64,000 nt of DNA. Source: the human T2T-CHM13v2.0 reference genome, Homo sapiens. Where the stretch lies: the NCBI RefSeq assembly GCF_009914755.1, contig NC_060931.1. One strand, written 5' to 3'. The translations under genes were made by a program, and so were the position numbers. Below are positions 25,038 through 40,387 of this stretch, piece after piece. The notes beneath the pieces are model-generated. The model saw nothing but the letters and a program-made list of their open reading frames with translations. It made no database searches and was not told where the DNA came from. Every line of letters begins with the position of its first letter. Positions within the stretch are counted from its first letter, which is position 1.

Positions 25038-28000
25038 TGGAGCACATTCAATCTTGAGAATTCCTACGTGTGGGTCACTTCCTCTCCTGCACACGGTGGG
25101 CGCCCTGCACACAGATGATGAGTAAATTCACAGGGTCCCGAGAAAGAAGCTTCTGTGAGGGGAAGAGATAGATGGGGAGGTCGTGTCATTCATGACTGTG
25201 CCATATCCCAGCAAGCCCAGGCCCAGTGTCCCGGGGTCAGCCCAGGAGGACATCCTAATCCTGGTAGAAAGAAGGGCTGGCGTTTGCCGAGGGCTCTGCA
25301 TGTGCTGGGCATGGTTCTGAGAACACTCAGAACACTCACCCCCCAGGACCCCACGGAGCCAGCAACACGACACCACCCAGGGCACGCGTGAGGCTTGGAG
25401 AGGGTCACGTGCCTGGCCAGTGTGCGGAGGGGTCTGAGCTCAGGGGTCAGCAAATTGTCTGAAGGGACCCACAGGGTCAGTGCCAGGGCCCTGAGAGTGG
25501 CCGACAGCATTTGGAGGAGGGGAGACAGGTCCTCCAAGCACAGGTGCAGGTCCAAGGGCCCAGGGTCTCCACACACCCAAGCCTCTGGGGCTGTGCCGCT
25601 GCCTCGCAGGGCCCCCAGCTCTCCCCACCGAAAGGGGACGATGTAATGACAGTCCAAGAGAGAATGGAGGTGCGGTCCCCTGCAGTGTGAAGCTCGGGGC
25701 TGTAGGCGGTGGGCCCCTTGGCAAGATGCTAGGGGCCGCCACTCTCATCTCCTCAGAGGTGTGGACCCCACTCCAGCAGGTGCAGAGGGAACCCCAGTCC
25801 AAGCTGAAATGTAAAGGAGCTCGGTTCTCGTGGCTCTGCTCTCCCGCAGGGGTCCCGCCCTCCTCCAAGCCCCAACAGCCCTGTGAGCAGAGCACGGGGC
25901 AGACTCCACAGCTCCACGGTACAGAGGAGGAAAGTGAGGCTCAGAGGGGCCTCTCAGAGCCTGCTGGTGCAGAGGCTGGACTCGCCTGATCCCAGGAGCC
26001 CAGGATGCCCAGCCGAGGGCAGAATGACATCCTCTAACCTGGAAGTTAACGGGCACAGCCTCAAGGCCTCCTCCATCCCCTAGCTGTGGTTCTGTTCGAC
26101 TCCTGAGCGAGCGTCAGAGACGGTGGGAACATTCCGGATCCCAGGGGTCCCACATCGGGGTGTGGCCGTCTCCCCACGCACAGCCTAACCTCCCCCGGCT
26201 CTGGAACGTGGCTGGGCAGGACTCACTGCTGCGAGGTAGCCCTGCTTCTGGGGGACACCAACCGTGCTCACCCCTCCCACTTCCACCAAGAGGGGCCTGA
26301 TGTTCCACGCTTGTCATAATTACATGAGAGACCCAGGAAAGGGGAAGTGCACACAACCTATTACCTGTAATTTGATTTTGCTCTTCAGCCAAATTAACAA
26401 TCTATAAACATTTGCAAAATTACATGTTTTCATCCTGTGAGAAATACCAAGTGCCTCTTATGCAAATGTGCCCGGTCCTCGTGCTCGGCCGTTCTGGAGA
26501 ACGGCTCCTCAGAACCCAGCGCGGGGCTTGTCAAGCCAGGCTGTTCACCGTGGATTGCAAATTAACGGGCCTCACATGCTTGTCTACAATTACATTCCCA
26601 CCAGCTTTAGGCAACTGTAGACCCAGATTCCAAATAAGATGTGAGTTCACTCAACTGAAACTTGCAGTATTAGATTTATAATAAACGAAGAGAGGTCACG
26701 CGGCGATGCCATTTTTTAAAAGAAAAGGAAATTGAATGACACCACCCGAACCTGGCTCAACTTCCCCTGTGTGTTGGTGTGACTTCAGCATACACCACAC
26801 ACTCCCACTCCACATGGGCCTGCACTGGTCCCTGGTGGACTCTGTGTCGAACGAGTCACGTTCAGCTTCCCCTGCACTGTGTGGAGCGAGACAACAGAAG
26901 AGTACAGAGCCTTCGCCAGCCAATGGAGGCACCACAGCTGGCAGCCACACCTGATGCCCGCCCGCTGCACCCTCCCAGTCACCTGCCCCGAGCCAGGGCC
27001 AAGGGGGCCTTTAGGTGCCTGCACCGACCGCTTCCAGCATCCACACTGCTCGCCATGGAAACCCGTCCCGTCCTTTGGGACCGCCTAACAGGTCCTTCTG
27101 TGCCCCCAGCAAGCCTATGTCCAGAAACCCACCCACGATTGCTAATTCTCACCCAGGGACACCACCTCTGGATCCTTCACATGGACTCAGCTCCTGCAAA
27201 GTGAGGTCAGGTAGCAAAAGAACCACCGCATTATTTGTTCCCGAGTTTGGGGTAGGAAGAAGAGAGGGTTTGGACCAGGCCTCTCTTAAGACAGTTACCT
27301 GAAGCAATTTGGTTCCAGAGAGCAAGAAAAATCTGCCCACTCGTGCAGTTCATTGTTTAACGTCGTTAACAGATGTGATGCTTCTCCACAGGTTAGCCTG
27401 GTGGAGTCACAGGCCCTGTCTGTGCAACGCCGCTCCGTCCTGGGGCTGCATGGGGTGCTGGACAAACAGCAATGGACATGGGCAGAGCGATGCCTGCAAG
27501 GGCCCTGCCCCGTGAGGGCACCCCGTCCCATTCAGAGGCTCCTCACGATCTCTCGATAGGTGCTTTTGGCCACCAGTAACAGAAATCCTGGGTGACGACG
27601 GTGTCAACAAATACAGGACGAAGTCTGGGGCAGGGCATAAGGCTCCTCCCTGGGGCAGTTTAATGTGTGAACCCAGCAGGAGGGATGAGGGCAGCCCCGG
27701 CCACAGATTCTGGGCCTCGTCCACACAGGGAAGGCCAACTGCTTTAGCCAGAGAAAGACAACACATGAGGAAAGGCAGGTGCATTTGGGGGAGAGGAAGA
27801 GGGGAGACGGGTTGCCCCCCTCAAAGACACTGCGTCCAGGCGGAGGGCTCCAACAAGGCAGGGCCTCGAGAAAGTTCTGCGAACCGTTTCACCCACAGCC
27901 TCCTTTGTTTCTAGCACCCAGGGAAGGTGCATTCAGGCTGCAGAAGTCAGCAGGCTGCAGGCTGGTGAGCCTGTTGATGGGAAGTTCTGGTGTTGAAAGT

Positions 28001-28394
28001 GTGTCTTGTGTATCATTCACCGCGAGGTTCTGCAGAGGAGGAGGACTTTTCTTTGGGGACTCCGAACAGCCACCACCTTATCACCCAGGGAGGCTGCAGG
28101 GCAGAGAACACTCTCCTCTGACAAGTGGGGAAACTGAGGCTTGAGAGGGACCACAGGTTTAAAGCAGCCAAACCCAGGAATAAATCCAGCCCTTCAGATT
28201 CCCATCCCAGGCTTGTTTCCAGACAGAGGAGGGAGAAATGGTTTATTTCATCCAGTTCTCCCACTTGTCCCCAGGACCAGCAGGTCCCCTCTCTGGCGTC
28301 CTGAAGCCTCCTTGCGTCTGTGGCTGACCAAGTGCAGATGTGCCTGGCTGTCTAGTGGGCCTGGCTTCATAGGCCTGAGATGCAAAGACAGAAC

Positions 28395-28800
28395 ATCACA
28401 TGGACATGCACACACACACACATGAACACACACACATGTACATAGACATATGTGCACACACACACATGCACACCAACATAGGCACACACGTGAACATGCA
28501 CACATGTACACAGACATATCAACATACACACATGCACCTGCATGCACACCAACATAGTCACATACATACGTGAACATGCATGCACATACACAGGCATATC
28601 CACATACACACATGCACATGTGTGCACACCAACATAGGCACACACACGTGTGAGCACACAAACACGTACATAGACATATATGCACCTACACACATGCACA
28701 TCAACTAGGCACATGCACACGTGAGCATGCATGCACACACACGCCCGTATGCACAAGCACGCACACATATAGCCACACACATGTGCATGCACAGCGCACA
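28395..28800. repeat. CA/ATG-rich simple repeat
   Basis: Degenerate (CACACATG)n. Confidence 0.9.
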
Positions 28801-30313
28801 GCGTGTGAAATGCCCACGGCTATGCTTGGGCAGAGTGAGAATGTTCCTCTCTCTGTCTACAGGCTGGGAGAGAGAATGGGTCCTGCTGAGCTGAGGCTGC
28901 TGGCTCCGTCTGACCCGCCACGGTCACGCTTCCACGCCCTCACGCTTGGTTTCCTCCCTCTGCAATGCCTTTTTCATCTTCGTAGCCTCGTAAAAACCCA
29001 CTTGGCTTTCAAGGCCCTGGTGCAAAATGTCCTCCTCTGCTCAGCCCCCAGGTAGAGCAGAGCTGTTTGGGTGCACGCTCCCAGGCCGGGAAGTGAGGAG
29101 GCATCTCATATTTAATGGGGACATCTCATCTCCTCCCCGTGTTACAGACGAGGAAACTGAGGCACAGAGACCTGCCTAGGGCCGTGTGATTTGAGGTGGG
29201 GTAAGGATTTGCACAAGTCATGCTGGTTCCAGGGTCCCTGCCGCCGCCCACCCGAGGGAGGCGGGAGGTCCTCACGCTGGTGCCCCCAGCTGACCTCCCG
29301 AAGCTCCTGTACCTCCCGGCTTCCCGGCCTGCTGCTGACCCCACACACAGTAGGTGCTGCGACGTGTTTCTTGGGCATGCTCCTGCCTACCGTAAAGCCT
29401 GGGCTCGCAGAGCAGGCACGTAGGTGGCTCGGCCGTCCCAAACACAGAGACGAGGAGCCACATGTGTCTGGAGTTTCTGAAAAGCTGGGAACAATTTTTC
29501 TCACTGTTTTCTGTTTAGATGAACTGATTCGGCCAGATGTGGGCCAGGAAAACCCTGTTTCAAGGTGTCTCCCTCAACACAGAGGAAGCTGGCAGCTCGG
29601 TCCCAGAAACCTCAGGCTTCCCTGCTCGCAAGGGGCCCACGCCTCTCCTCCGTGGCGAGTGGTCTAGGCCCGGGTGGATGGGGGGACCCTAAGCTGTGCT
29701 GGGTCTGGCCTGAGGACCCTGGGATCCCCAAGGGTGTCTGCCCAGCTGGGGCTGGGAGACACACTCTCCCTGCCTGTGACTTCTGGGGCCTGCCTGGGCC
29801 CCACCTTCCCTGAGTCAGGACCAGTGCGCTGGGGAGTCTGCTATCCTGGGCCTGAGCTGGGGGACCCCATGGGCCTCCAGAAGCAACAGCCCTCCCAGGC
29901 TCAGTGCTCAGCGCCCGGCAGCATTTTCAGCGTTCACAGCAGCTCCGTGAAAGGTTGGATCGGTTGATTTGATCCCTTTCTGTAGAGGAGGAGACTGAGG
30001 CCTAGAGAGGAGGGACTCCTGCAGCAGACAGGCTCTGGGACCCCCCAACAGCCATCCATCCCAGGGCCAGGTGTGGCCTCCTGTCAGCCGTGAACCAGGC
30101 ACAGCGGGGCTAGGAGCCACTTTCTCTCCACACTGGTTTGCTTCAACAGGGCTAAGGGAGGTTTTCACTTTGGTCCTGTCATGCCTGGGCCATGGGGGCC
30201 TCTTCCTGGGAGCATGAGGACAGGGAGGGTCCCGTCTGTAACCGGCCATTTAGAGTCACCTTTGATGGGGTTTCCTCTGGGGAGCAGCCCCTTGTCCCCT
30301 GCCTGCTGGTTAG

Positions 30314-30682
<369 letters not shown>

Positions 30683-31256
30683 TGACCCCTTCCCATCGGC
30701 TGCAGAGATTGAGGTGGAGGCATCACGTGACCCAAAAGCAAGGAATGGACCCCAGCCCTGGGCTTCTACTGGAATGGATGGGGAGGGAGCGTTCACACAG
30801 TGGAATGTGGTCTGGGCCTGTAGATGCCACCTGCGGCCGCCCAGGGAAAGCCTGTGGGAAGATGGACTGCACAGCGGAATGCAGAGCCAAAGGGCGGGAG
30901 AGGCCGGTCCCTGAGGGCTTGTTTCCAGCACCAGGCTTAAAGCCCAGTGTTGCCTTCCAGTCACCTAAGACAATCATTCTCCACTGGGCTCAGGGCGGTT
31001 TGGGTAGAGTCAGACAGATGCAATGGAAAGTATCCTGATTTATACAAAAGCAATTCAGTATTTGCTTAATAATGGGGGATAAGTACTTTGATCCAAGAAA
31101 CATATCCCTAAAGGTGGAATCGTGACGGACAAGATGGGCACAGCAGCCTCAGGGCCCCAGGGTAAGTGTGGCTACCAGCCGTTACGTGAGAACTGCCTGG
31201 GAGATCGGACGCAAATGCAGGTTCTCCCTCAAGTTCTGAGCGGCTGCAGCTGAGGC

Positions 31257-31631
31257 GGGGCTGGAATCTGCTTTCCCAGAAGCTGCTGAGGCCCAGGAGA
31301 GCGTGGGAGCTGTGGTCCTGGCCTCTCCGCTGCTGGGGACAGTTGTGAGGGGCTGGAATCTGAATCCCCAGAAGCTGCTGAGGCCCAGGAGAGTGTCGGA
31401 GCTGTGGTCCTGGCCTCTCTGCTGCTGGGGACAGTTGAAGTGGGGCTGGAATCTGCATCCCCAGAAGCTGCTGAGGCCCAGGAGAGCGTGGGAGCTGTGG
31501 TCCTGGCCTCTCCGCTGCTGGGGACAGTTGAGGTGGGGCTGGAATCTGCATCCCCAGAAGCTGCTGAGGCCCAGGAGAGCGTGGGAGCTGTGGTCCTGGC
31601 CTCTCTGCTGCTCAGGACAGTTGTGAGGGGC
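31257..31631. repeat. Minisatellite, 92-93-bp unit, ~4 copies
   Basis: GGGGCTGGAATCTG at 31257, 31349, 31442 and 31535. Confidence 0.95.
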
Positions 31632-32084
31632 GTGCCCTTTGGGTGGTCAGGACCCAGGGCTGGGGGCTTGGTTAGCGAGGGGACAGCTCTGCAAAGACCT
31701 TTGGGAAGAAGAGGGGACGGCAGAGGCACTGACCACCTCACCGTTTGTTCCCTGCTATCCCGTCGGTCCCCGTCCAGGGCTGGGCTCAGCCTAGGGCCCC
31801 TACACAACGCTCGTGACTCTCAGGGTCCCCAGTGCACTGAGCCCCAGGTGCCCGGGCCACAACCTGCCCTTTAACCTGCACTTGCTGCCCTCCCGCCCCT
31901 GTCTCCATTCCCCACCATCTCCTGGAACCCAAAACACACTGCCCCACATCTGTCTGTGGAACTTCCTGGATCACCTGGCCCGGCCACCTTCATCCAGGTG
32001 TGAGTTGAAGTCCCGTCCTGCACAGGCACCCTGGGGTGAAGGGGGCGCTGGGGTGTCTGTTCCATTGCTTCTGCCATCCGCGTA

Positions 32085-32725
32085 TTCCGTGTGCGAGTGA
32101 GCATCGGGTGTGTGCCCACGTGTGCACGTCTGCTGGGTGTGCCAGTGTGTCTTTGAGTGGGAGTGAGTCTGTGTCCTTGGATGAGTGTGCACGAGTGTGC
32201 ATGAGTGTGCATGAGTGAGGGTGAGTGTGCATGTGAGTGTGATGTGTGCAGTGTACATGTGAGTGAGCGTGAGTGTGTATTGAGTGTGCATGAGTGTGCA
32301 TATGAGTGAGCATGCATGTGTATGTGAGTGAGCGTGCATGTGTGCATGACTGTGCATGAGTGTGTGTGCAGTGTGCATGTGAGTGAGCGTGAGTGTGTAT
32401 TGAGTGTGCATGACTGTGCATGTGAGTGAGCGTGTGTATTGAGTGTGCATGACTGTGTATGTGAGTGAGCGTGCATGTGTGTATGACTGTGCATGAGTGT
32501 GCATATGAGTGTGTGTGCAGTGTACATGTGAGTGAGCGTGCACGTGTGTATGACTGTGCATGACTGCATGTGTGTGTGCAGTGTGCATGTGAGTGAGCGT
32601 GCATGTGTGTATGACTGTGCATGAGTGTGCATGAGTGTGTGTGTGCAGTGTGCATGTCAGTCAGCACACGTGCTTGTGCCAAGTGAGTCTGCCCATTAGA
32701 GTGTGCACACAAGTGTGTGGTGTGG
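32085..32725. repeat. GT/TGCA-rich simple repeat
   Basis: Degenerate (GTGTGCATGA)n. Confidence 0.9.
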
Positions 32726-33490
32726 GTTTCTGTGCACTCGTAGGGTGGGGCTGTGACGGGGCAGCTGTGGGAGGCTGCAGACATGTGAGGGGGTCTCTGG
32801 GAACCCACACCCCTGTCTGTCAGCTGAACAGTCTCACGGCCCCGCAACTGCTCACATCAACACAAACTTGGCAGCCACTGTCTTTTTCAACGCTGTTTGT
32901 ACAGAGAAAGGGGTGCACAGAGCCGTGGACCTGCAGCTCCTGGAGCTTCCCGGAGCTGGTCCTCCAGTAGAGGTGCTGGGGATGGGGGGACGCAGCCACG
33001 GCCTTCATGCACCAACCTGGGGTCTCCACGAGCAAACTCTGTGTTCAAGGAGGCACTCGGCCTGGGGACGCGGTGGGAAGAGCTATCGGAGGAGCCCCTC
33101 GGAGCTGCCTCAGCACAGCTGATGAAAGCAATCAGCGCCCGCCTGAGCTGGATGTAAAGGTTAATACATAAATCAAAGGGAAATGTCAGGTGCCTTTTAA
33201 CACTGATTGAGATGTAATTGGGCAGGGACCGTGCGCCAGGCACCCGCGCTCACGGAACCACGGCAGGACGTGGAAGAAATTATGTGGCTTGTTTGTGTGT
33301 CTGCAATCGCGTCAAGACCGATGGTCCCTCGGCTCTGGACAGACGCCCCCCCAGCCAGCTGAGGATGCGAATATTCATGGCCTGGTGCCGGGTCCGGGGC
33401 TGGCTGGTGTTGCTGGGCACTGAGGATGTGCCACGTACATGGAGTCCAGACCATGAGAGCTTTTCAGATGTCCCCAAGAAGCCACCTCAT

Positions 33491-33582
33491 CTGCAGTCAT
33501 CCCTGGGGTCACGGGGCCGACTCGGGGCAGAGTGACCTGCAGTCATCCCTGGGGTCACGGGGCCGACTTGGGGCAGAGTGAC
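33491..33582. repeat. Tandem duplication, 46-bp unit x2
   Basis: CTGCAGTCATCCCTGGGGTCACGGGGCCGAC at 33491 and 33537. Confidence 0.92.
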
Positions 33583-33994
33583 CCAACCCCTTGCAGGCGC
33601 GGACCTCCCGCACACCCTGTGTCCTGCGCCCTCCAGCCCGGGCCTCTGCCCTCTCTGTCCCGGCCCTGGGCACCCTCTGGCCAGGTGGCTCCCAGCCCCA
33701 GGGACGGGCTCCAAACAGAGCTAAGTTCCTGCCCAGGGCAGCCTTGCTGCTTCCTACGGCCGGAATCCCAGCCCAGGGTCTCAGGCGTCGGGACGCAGGG
33801 GGCTCCAAGCTTCACATGTGTGAGGGCTGCAGACAAGGACGCTTTATGAGATGAGATTGCACGCAGACATGTGTGTGAGAGAGAAATGTGTCAAATTACT
33901 CAAAGTAAACATTAAAAATTTTAAATAACAATTTAAAAAGGTATAGTTATGTTTGGCCAGTCCTCCCATTTTTGAAAATAATCCCTTCTCCCGC

Positions 33995-34312
33995 CTTTTT
34001 TTTTTTTTTTTTTTTAAGACAAGGTCTCACTTCATTGCCCGGGCTGGAGTACGTACAGTGGCGTGATCACCGCTCACTGCAGCGTCAACCTCCTGGACTC
34101 AGGTGATCCTCCCACCTCAGCCTCCCAAGTAGGTGCCACCACGCCCAGCTAATTTTGTGTGCGGGTGTATACACACTATATATCTAATATTTATCATATA
34201 TTAGAGACGGGGTTTTCCTATGTTGCCCAGGCTGTTCTCAAATCCCTGGGCTCAAGTGATCCACCCACCTTGGCCTCACAAAGTGCTGAGATTACAAGCC
34301 ACCATGCCCAGC
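33995..34312 (-). mobile_element. AluJ with a TA-rich expanded linker
   Basis: Diverged Alu arms separated by GTGT/ATAT-rich sequence. Confidence 0.82.
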
Positions 34313-34355
34313 CAGTTCTTTATTTTTTTAACATTCCTGTGACGGCAGTAGATAC

Positions 34356-34646
34356 AAGTGGCCTTGTTCCCTCTCTGCCTGGAGAGACCCTGACCACACT
34401 CCCCCACCCAGAACTGGGCACCCTCAGCTCCCCCACCCAGAACCGGGCACCCTCAGCTCCCCCAGCCAAGCCTGCTTTCCTCGCTGCTTCTCTGTCAGCC
34501 TCCGGAGCTGCTCTCTGCCTTGTTCTTCGTCTGCTAAAAAACAAAATGTTAGCTCCTGTGCTTAGGGAGGGCATCTTTCCCCCTCTCAGCTCAGCTAACC
34601 CCTATTTGTGCCCCGAGATGCAGCTCCCAGGCTGCCTCCTCCAGGA
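34356..34646 (+). repeat. Inverted duplication, left copy
   Basis: Reverse complement of 39216-39482, with about 16 substitutions by hand count plus an internal 29-bp duplication. Confidence 0.95.
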
Positions 34647-34934
34647 AGTCTTTCCTGACTGCCCCTCCTCTCCAGGTGGGGTTGGAGACACCTGCCCCAG
34701 TATTTCTGACTTCCAAGCACCAATTTCCGTCTATTTTGATCACAGCACCTCCTAGAAGGGCCCTGATGTTCATGAGGAAGGATTCCAATCTTCCCTTTAT
34801 TCCTTTTGGTGCAGAGCCCACCAGGCACCGGGACCCTGCCTGCCTGGCCTCCACCTCACCTGCCATGTGGACCCTGATCTGTCACCAATGGCTTGAAACT
34901 TCAGAGACTCAGATTGTGCTTCACCCAAAAGCAA

Positions 34935-35190
34935 CACTGATGATGACAATGGCTTGCACTGTATGGAGCTAACCACGTGTGGACGCTGCTTTACTTTACC
35001 TATATTTACTCATTTAATCATCACAGCAACCCTCTATGATAGGCACCACATCATCCCATTTTACAGATGAGAAAACCAAGGCACAGAAAAGTTAAGTTAC
35101 TTGCTTGAGGTCACATAGCCAGCAAAGTGGTGAGGCGAGCATTTGAACACAGGCAGCCTGGGTCCAGGGTCCACACTTTTAGGCTTTTCT
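34935..35190 (-). mobile_element. MIR SINE
   Basis: CATCCCATTTTACAGATGAGAAAACCAAGGCACAGAAAAGTTAAGTTACTTGCTTGAGGTCACATAG. Confidence 0.85.
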
Positions 35191-35952
35191 TCCCACAGGG
35201 TGGCAGATTTAATTTTTAAAAAAGATACCAGTACCATGTGAAAAGCCTTGGCTGAGGCCGAGCAGCTCAGCGAAGTTACTGCTGACACAGGTAATCAGAA
35301 AGGCTCATCCAAGGTCAAGAATGTTAGACAGAAATATGGAAATGCAGGCAGGGAAACCAGGACGGTAAACTTTGGGATAAATGCAGGTGTATATTAATTG
35401 TACAAAGCAACAATTATTAGGTCTTGTGGAGTTAAAATATGCAAAGAAATAAAATGCAAGAAGACCACAATGCAAAATGAGGAGGGTGTAGAATTCAAAG
35501 CTTCTAAGATTATAGCAACATAAATACAGCTGTTATTAGTAATGGTAATAATTGGATTAGACCATAATAAGTCAAGAATACATTTTATAATTGCTAGGGC
35601 AAACCTTATAAAAGAGGTAGTAAAATAATATACAACTCACAAATAATGGAAGAAAAATGTTAACCCATTCAAAGAAAGTTAAGAAAGGAAGAAAAAAGGA
35701 AACAAAAAACTAATGGACAAAAAAGAAAACAAAACAGTAAGAGGGTAGATCTAAATCCCATTAAATGTAAATGGATAAAAAACCCACTGATGGTCAGACT
35801 AGATCAAGAAAAAATCAACTGTATGTTGCTTACAGGAGACACATTTTAACTGTAAGGACACAGAAAGGTTAAAAGTAAAAAAACTATATAGCACGAGGAC
35901 ACTAACCAACAGAAGGTTGGTGTAGCTATATTAACAGACGAAACAGACACTA

Positions 35953-36325
<373 letters not shown>

Positions 36326-36598
36326 TCATATACACAGGCCAGTACTCCAGAACATGGAGTCACCATCCTCCCAAATTCACATGAAACATTTGCTAAATTG
36401 ATCGTACGTTGGGCCATTAAGAAGCCTCAACAAATTTTAACAGATTGTAAAGTATGTTCTCTGAATACAATAAAATTAATCTAAAACTTGATTAAATATA
36501 ACTAGAAAAACTCCAGCTGCCTGAAAATTAAACAACACATTCCTAAATAGTCCATGATTCAAAGAGGAAATCAAAATGGAAATGATAAAATATTTTGT

Positions 36599-37033
<435 letters not shown>

Positions 37034-37682
37034 CTAAAAGGTAATGAAGATGCACGCAGCCAAACTGTGGGATGCGGCCTAGGCAGCCCTTCGGAGGAGA
37101 CTTACACCCTTCACGGAACGCAGTAAAAAGAAGAAAGGCAGAAAGATCAACAGTGTAAGGGTCCCTCTTCATCAGAAAAAGAGCAATGAACCAAACCTAT
37201 GAATAAAAATACTAAAGATGAGAACAGAAAAACAACAAAATATGAAACAAAAGTACAATGGGGAGGCTCAACAAAGATTTTTGAAGATCAATAAAATTCA
37301 CCGAGGTGTGAGAACCGAAAGCCCGGGCTTCGGGTGGGGATTTCGGCTTCCGCGTGGCCCTGGGTGAAAGTGCAGCCGTGGGATCTTGGTGGAGAGAAAC
37401 GCTGGGCAGGGAAGAGGGTGGGACAGAAACACGGAAATGCGGGGCCCAGGCCCTGGGGCTGTTTCCACACAAACTGGGTCCCCAAGCCCTTCAATTCATC
37501 AAAAGAACCCAAGTCCTCAAGGACAAAGGGAATGTGGACAGCAGTGGCTGGAAAAACCAACTGAGAGCTCAGATGAGAAAGGGGCCATGACGGCTGTCCT
37601 CGCATCCCTCCTGAAGGTGCCACAGCCATCGTCTCTGCGAGTCTCCACCCCTTTGCTCTCCTGCTGCCCTGTCCCACGCAGG

Positions 37683-38235
<553 letters not shown>

Positions 38236-39056
38236 TAACCTTTAAATTTTAGGACATTGGTTGTCAACATGGGTTATGACTGGACCAGAAGAAGAGTGAA
38301 CATTACCCAGAGGCACTGGATGAGGAGGTGGATGTAGTAACTGACGAGGCTTTGCAGGGCTGCTGAGTATAGTTGTACAGGTTGTGTACTGCACAATCAG
38401 AAAGTACCACTCACACTGTAGATCCTATAAATGTGTGTATTTTTTGGCCGATTTCCTAGCAGATGGCAGTAAATGGTCTGATTCTAACAACATCAGCATG
38501 TACTAAAATTTTCTGATATGCATAAATAAAGCCCCCTGAGGAACCTCAGTTTTCTAATTTTTATTTTTTCTAATTTTCTAATTTGCACATGGGGCCACAT
38601 GGGCTTCCAGTAGCCCTGAGATGCTGGGCTGCCACGATCAGGCAGAAGGTGAGTGTGTTTTACTCTGTACTAGGAATAATTGGATTATGTGAACTGGGGG
38701 TGCAATCGCGTTGCCTGGAAGTTCAGGTTCCTTTGTTGGTTGGGCATCTGAGAGAGGCTGTGGTGAGCGTTCGACATCCCACCAGACACACAGCATCTCC
38801 GAAGGATCTTCTCGCACGTGTACAATTCCCTGTATTGTGATTTCCGACTCTGTGGCAGAAGACATGCAGCAACATCTCTATCACCCTCGTGGCAGGGTGT
38901 GGGTGTGTAACACGGCTCTTCCCAGACCAGGGGCACCAGATGGATTTGTAAGTAATCTCTGTGAGTCTGTAGCCGGGTGCAGAGGGACTGTGGCCAGCTT
39001 GCTGGGAATCCAGTGCTTCAGGGACAACTGTGGCAGAACCTCTGGGAACCCGCGCC

Positions 39057-39190
39057 GTGGTTCTCAACCAAAGATGGCATCTCCTCACCCCGGAAGGCCT
39101 TGGGAACGTGCTTGTATTTTTGGTGGTTGTGATGACTTGGGAGTATATTGACAAGCTTTGGGTGTGGACTGAGATGTTAAAAACTCAGCA
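39057..39190 (+). mobile_element. MER20/MER20B-like 5' fragment
   Basis: GTGGTTCTCAACC..TTTTTGGTGGTTGTGATGACTTGGG. It ends just before the inverted duplicate. Confidence 0.5.
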
Positions 39191-39215
39191 GTAAACGAGA
39201 CCACCCCCGCCCCCC

Positions 39216-39482
39216 TCCTGGAGGAGGCAGCCTGGGAGCTGCATCTCAGGGCACAAATAGGGGTTAGCTGAGCTGAGAGGAGGAAAGATGCCCTCCCTAA
39301 GCAGAAGGGCTAATGTTTTGTTTTTTAGCAGACAAAGAACAGGGCAGAGAGCAGCTCCGGAGGCTGATAGAGAACTAGCAAGGAAGGCAGGTTTGACTGG
39401 GGGAGCTGAGGGTGCCCGGTTCTGGGTGGGGGAGCAGGGTGTGGTCAGGGTCTCTCCAGGCAGAGAGGGAACAAGGCCACTT
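39216..39482 (-). repeat. Inverted duplication, right copy
   Basis: Reverse complement of 34356-34646. Confidence 0.95.
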
Positions 39483-40135
39483 CTCAAGATGCCAGCCTGC
39501 CCTACTGAGAGACACTGTCCAACGTGGCAGGTGCCAGGCAGCGGCGACAGTGAGGCTCCCAGGGAGAAACCCCCACATCAGGGCTGGGCTTTGTTTCTGG
39601 CTGGGCACATTCAGAGTTCAAGTGCCCTGAAGTTTGTTAATAAGTGTTCTCTCTGCTTAATCTTAGCCAGAGTAGCTGCGTTGCTTGCAACCAAGTATCG
39701 TGACTGACACAAGTTCCAGCTTGTTCTTATAAACCCCAGATTGCTCACTGTTCTTATTGTTTTATGTAGCAAATACCTGGATAGCTGTTTCCAGATGTTT
39801 GCCATTTTCTTCACTCATACTTTGTTCTCAGGTCCCACTCCTTCCTTCTGGGATAGATTTCCTTCTTCCTGAATTAGATCCTTAAGTAGTTATTTCTGTT
39901 TGTGGTGATATCTCAGTCTTAGTCTGAAAAGTAATGTCTTCCTCCATCCTTCCCTCCCTCCTTCCCTCCTTCCTTCTCTTTCTTTGTTTCGATTCTAAAA
40001 CAAGTATTGTGTTATCTCCTGGCATATATTGTGGTTATTTTAAAATTTGCTGTCTATCAATTGATCAGTCCTGACCATTACCATCTCGATATTTCCCACT
40101 GACATCTCATTATCAAAATTTCAAGCAGGAAGAAT

Positions 40136-40387
40136 TGCGCAGTGAACAGCCATAGACCCACCACTTAGATTCTGCAACTGTTACCATTTCATTATATTTG
40201 CTTTACCACGTGACATGAACCATCTAATCATTCATCAACTTCAAAGTGAGTTGCTAACATCTGCGCAGTGAACAGCCATAGACCCGCCACTTAGATTCTG
40301 CAACTGTTACCACTTTGATATACTTGCTTTCTCACATGACATGAATCCATCTAATCTTTTATAAACTTCAAAGTGAGTTGCTCACAC
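40136..40387. repeat. Tandem duplication, 126-bp unit x2
   Basis: TGCGCAGTGAACAGCCATAGACCC at 40136 and 40262. Confidence 0.9.

Noticed and set aside
24247-25112. Pro-rich repetitive ORFs of 234-266 aa
   Set aside because: Translation of the 61-bp VNTR. The unit is not a multiple of 3 and there is no gene context.
31257-31631. Regular repeats superficially like a CRISPR array
   Set aside because: Head-to-tail minisatellite with no unique spacers and no cas genes, in eukaryotic DNA.
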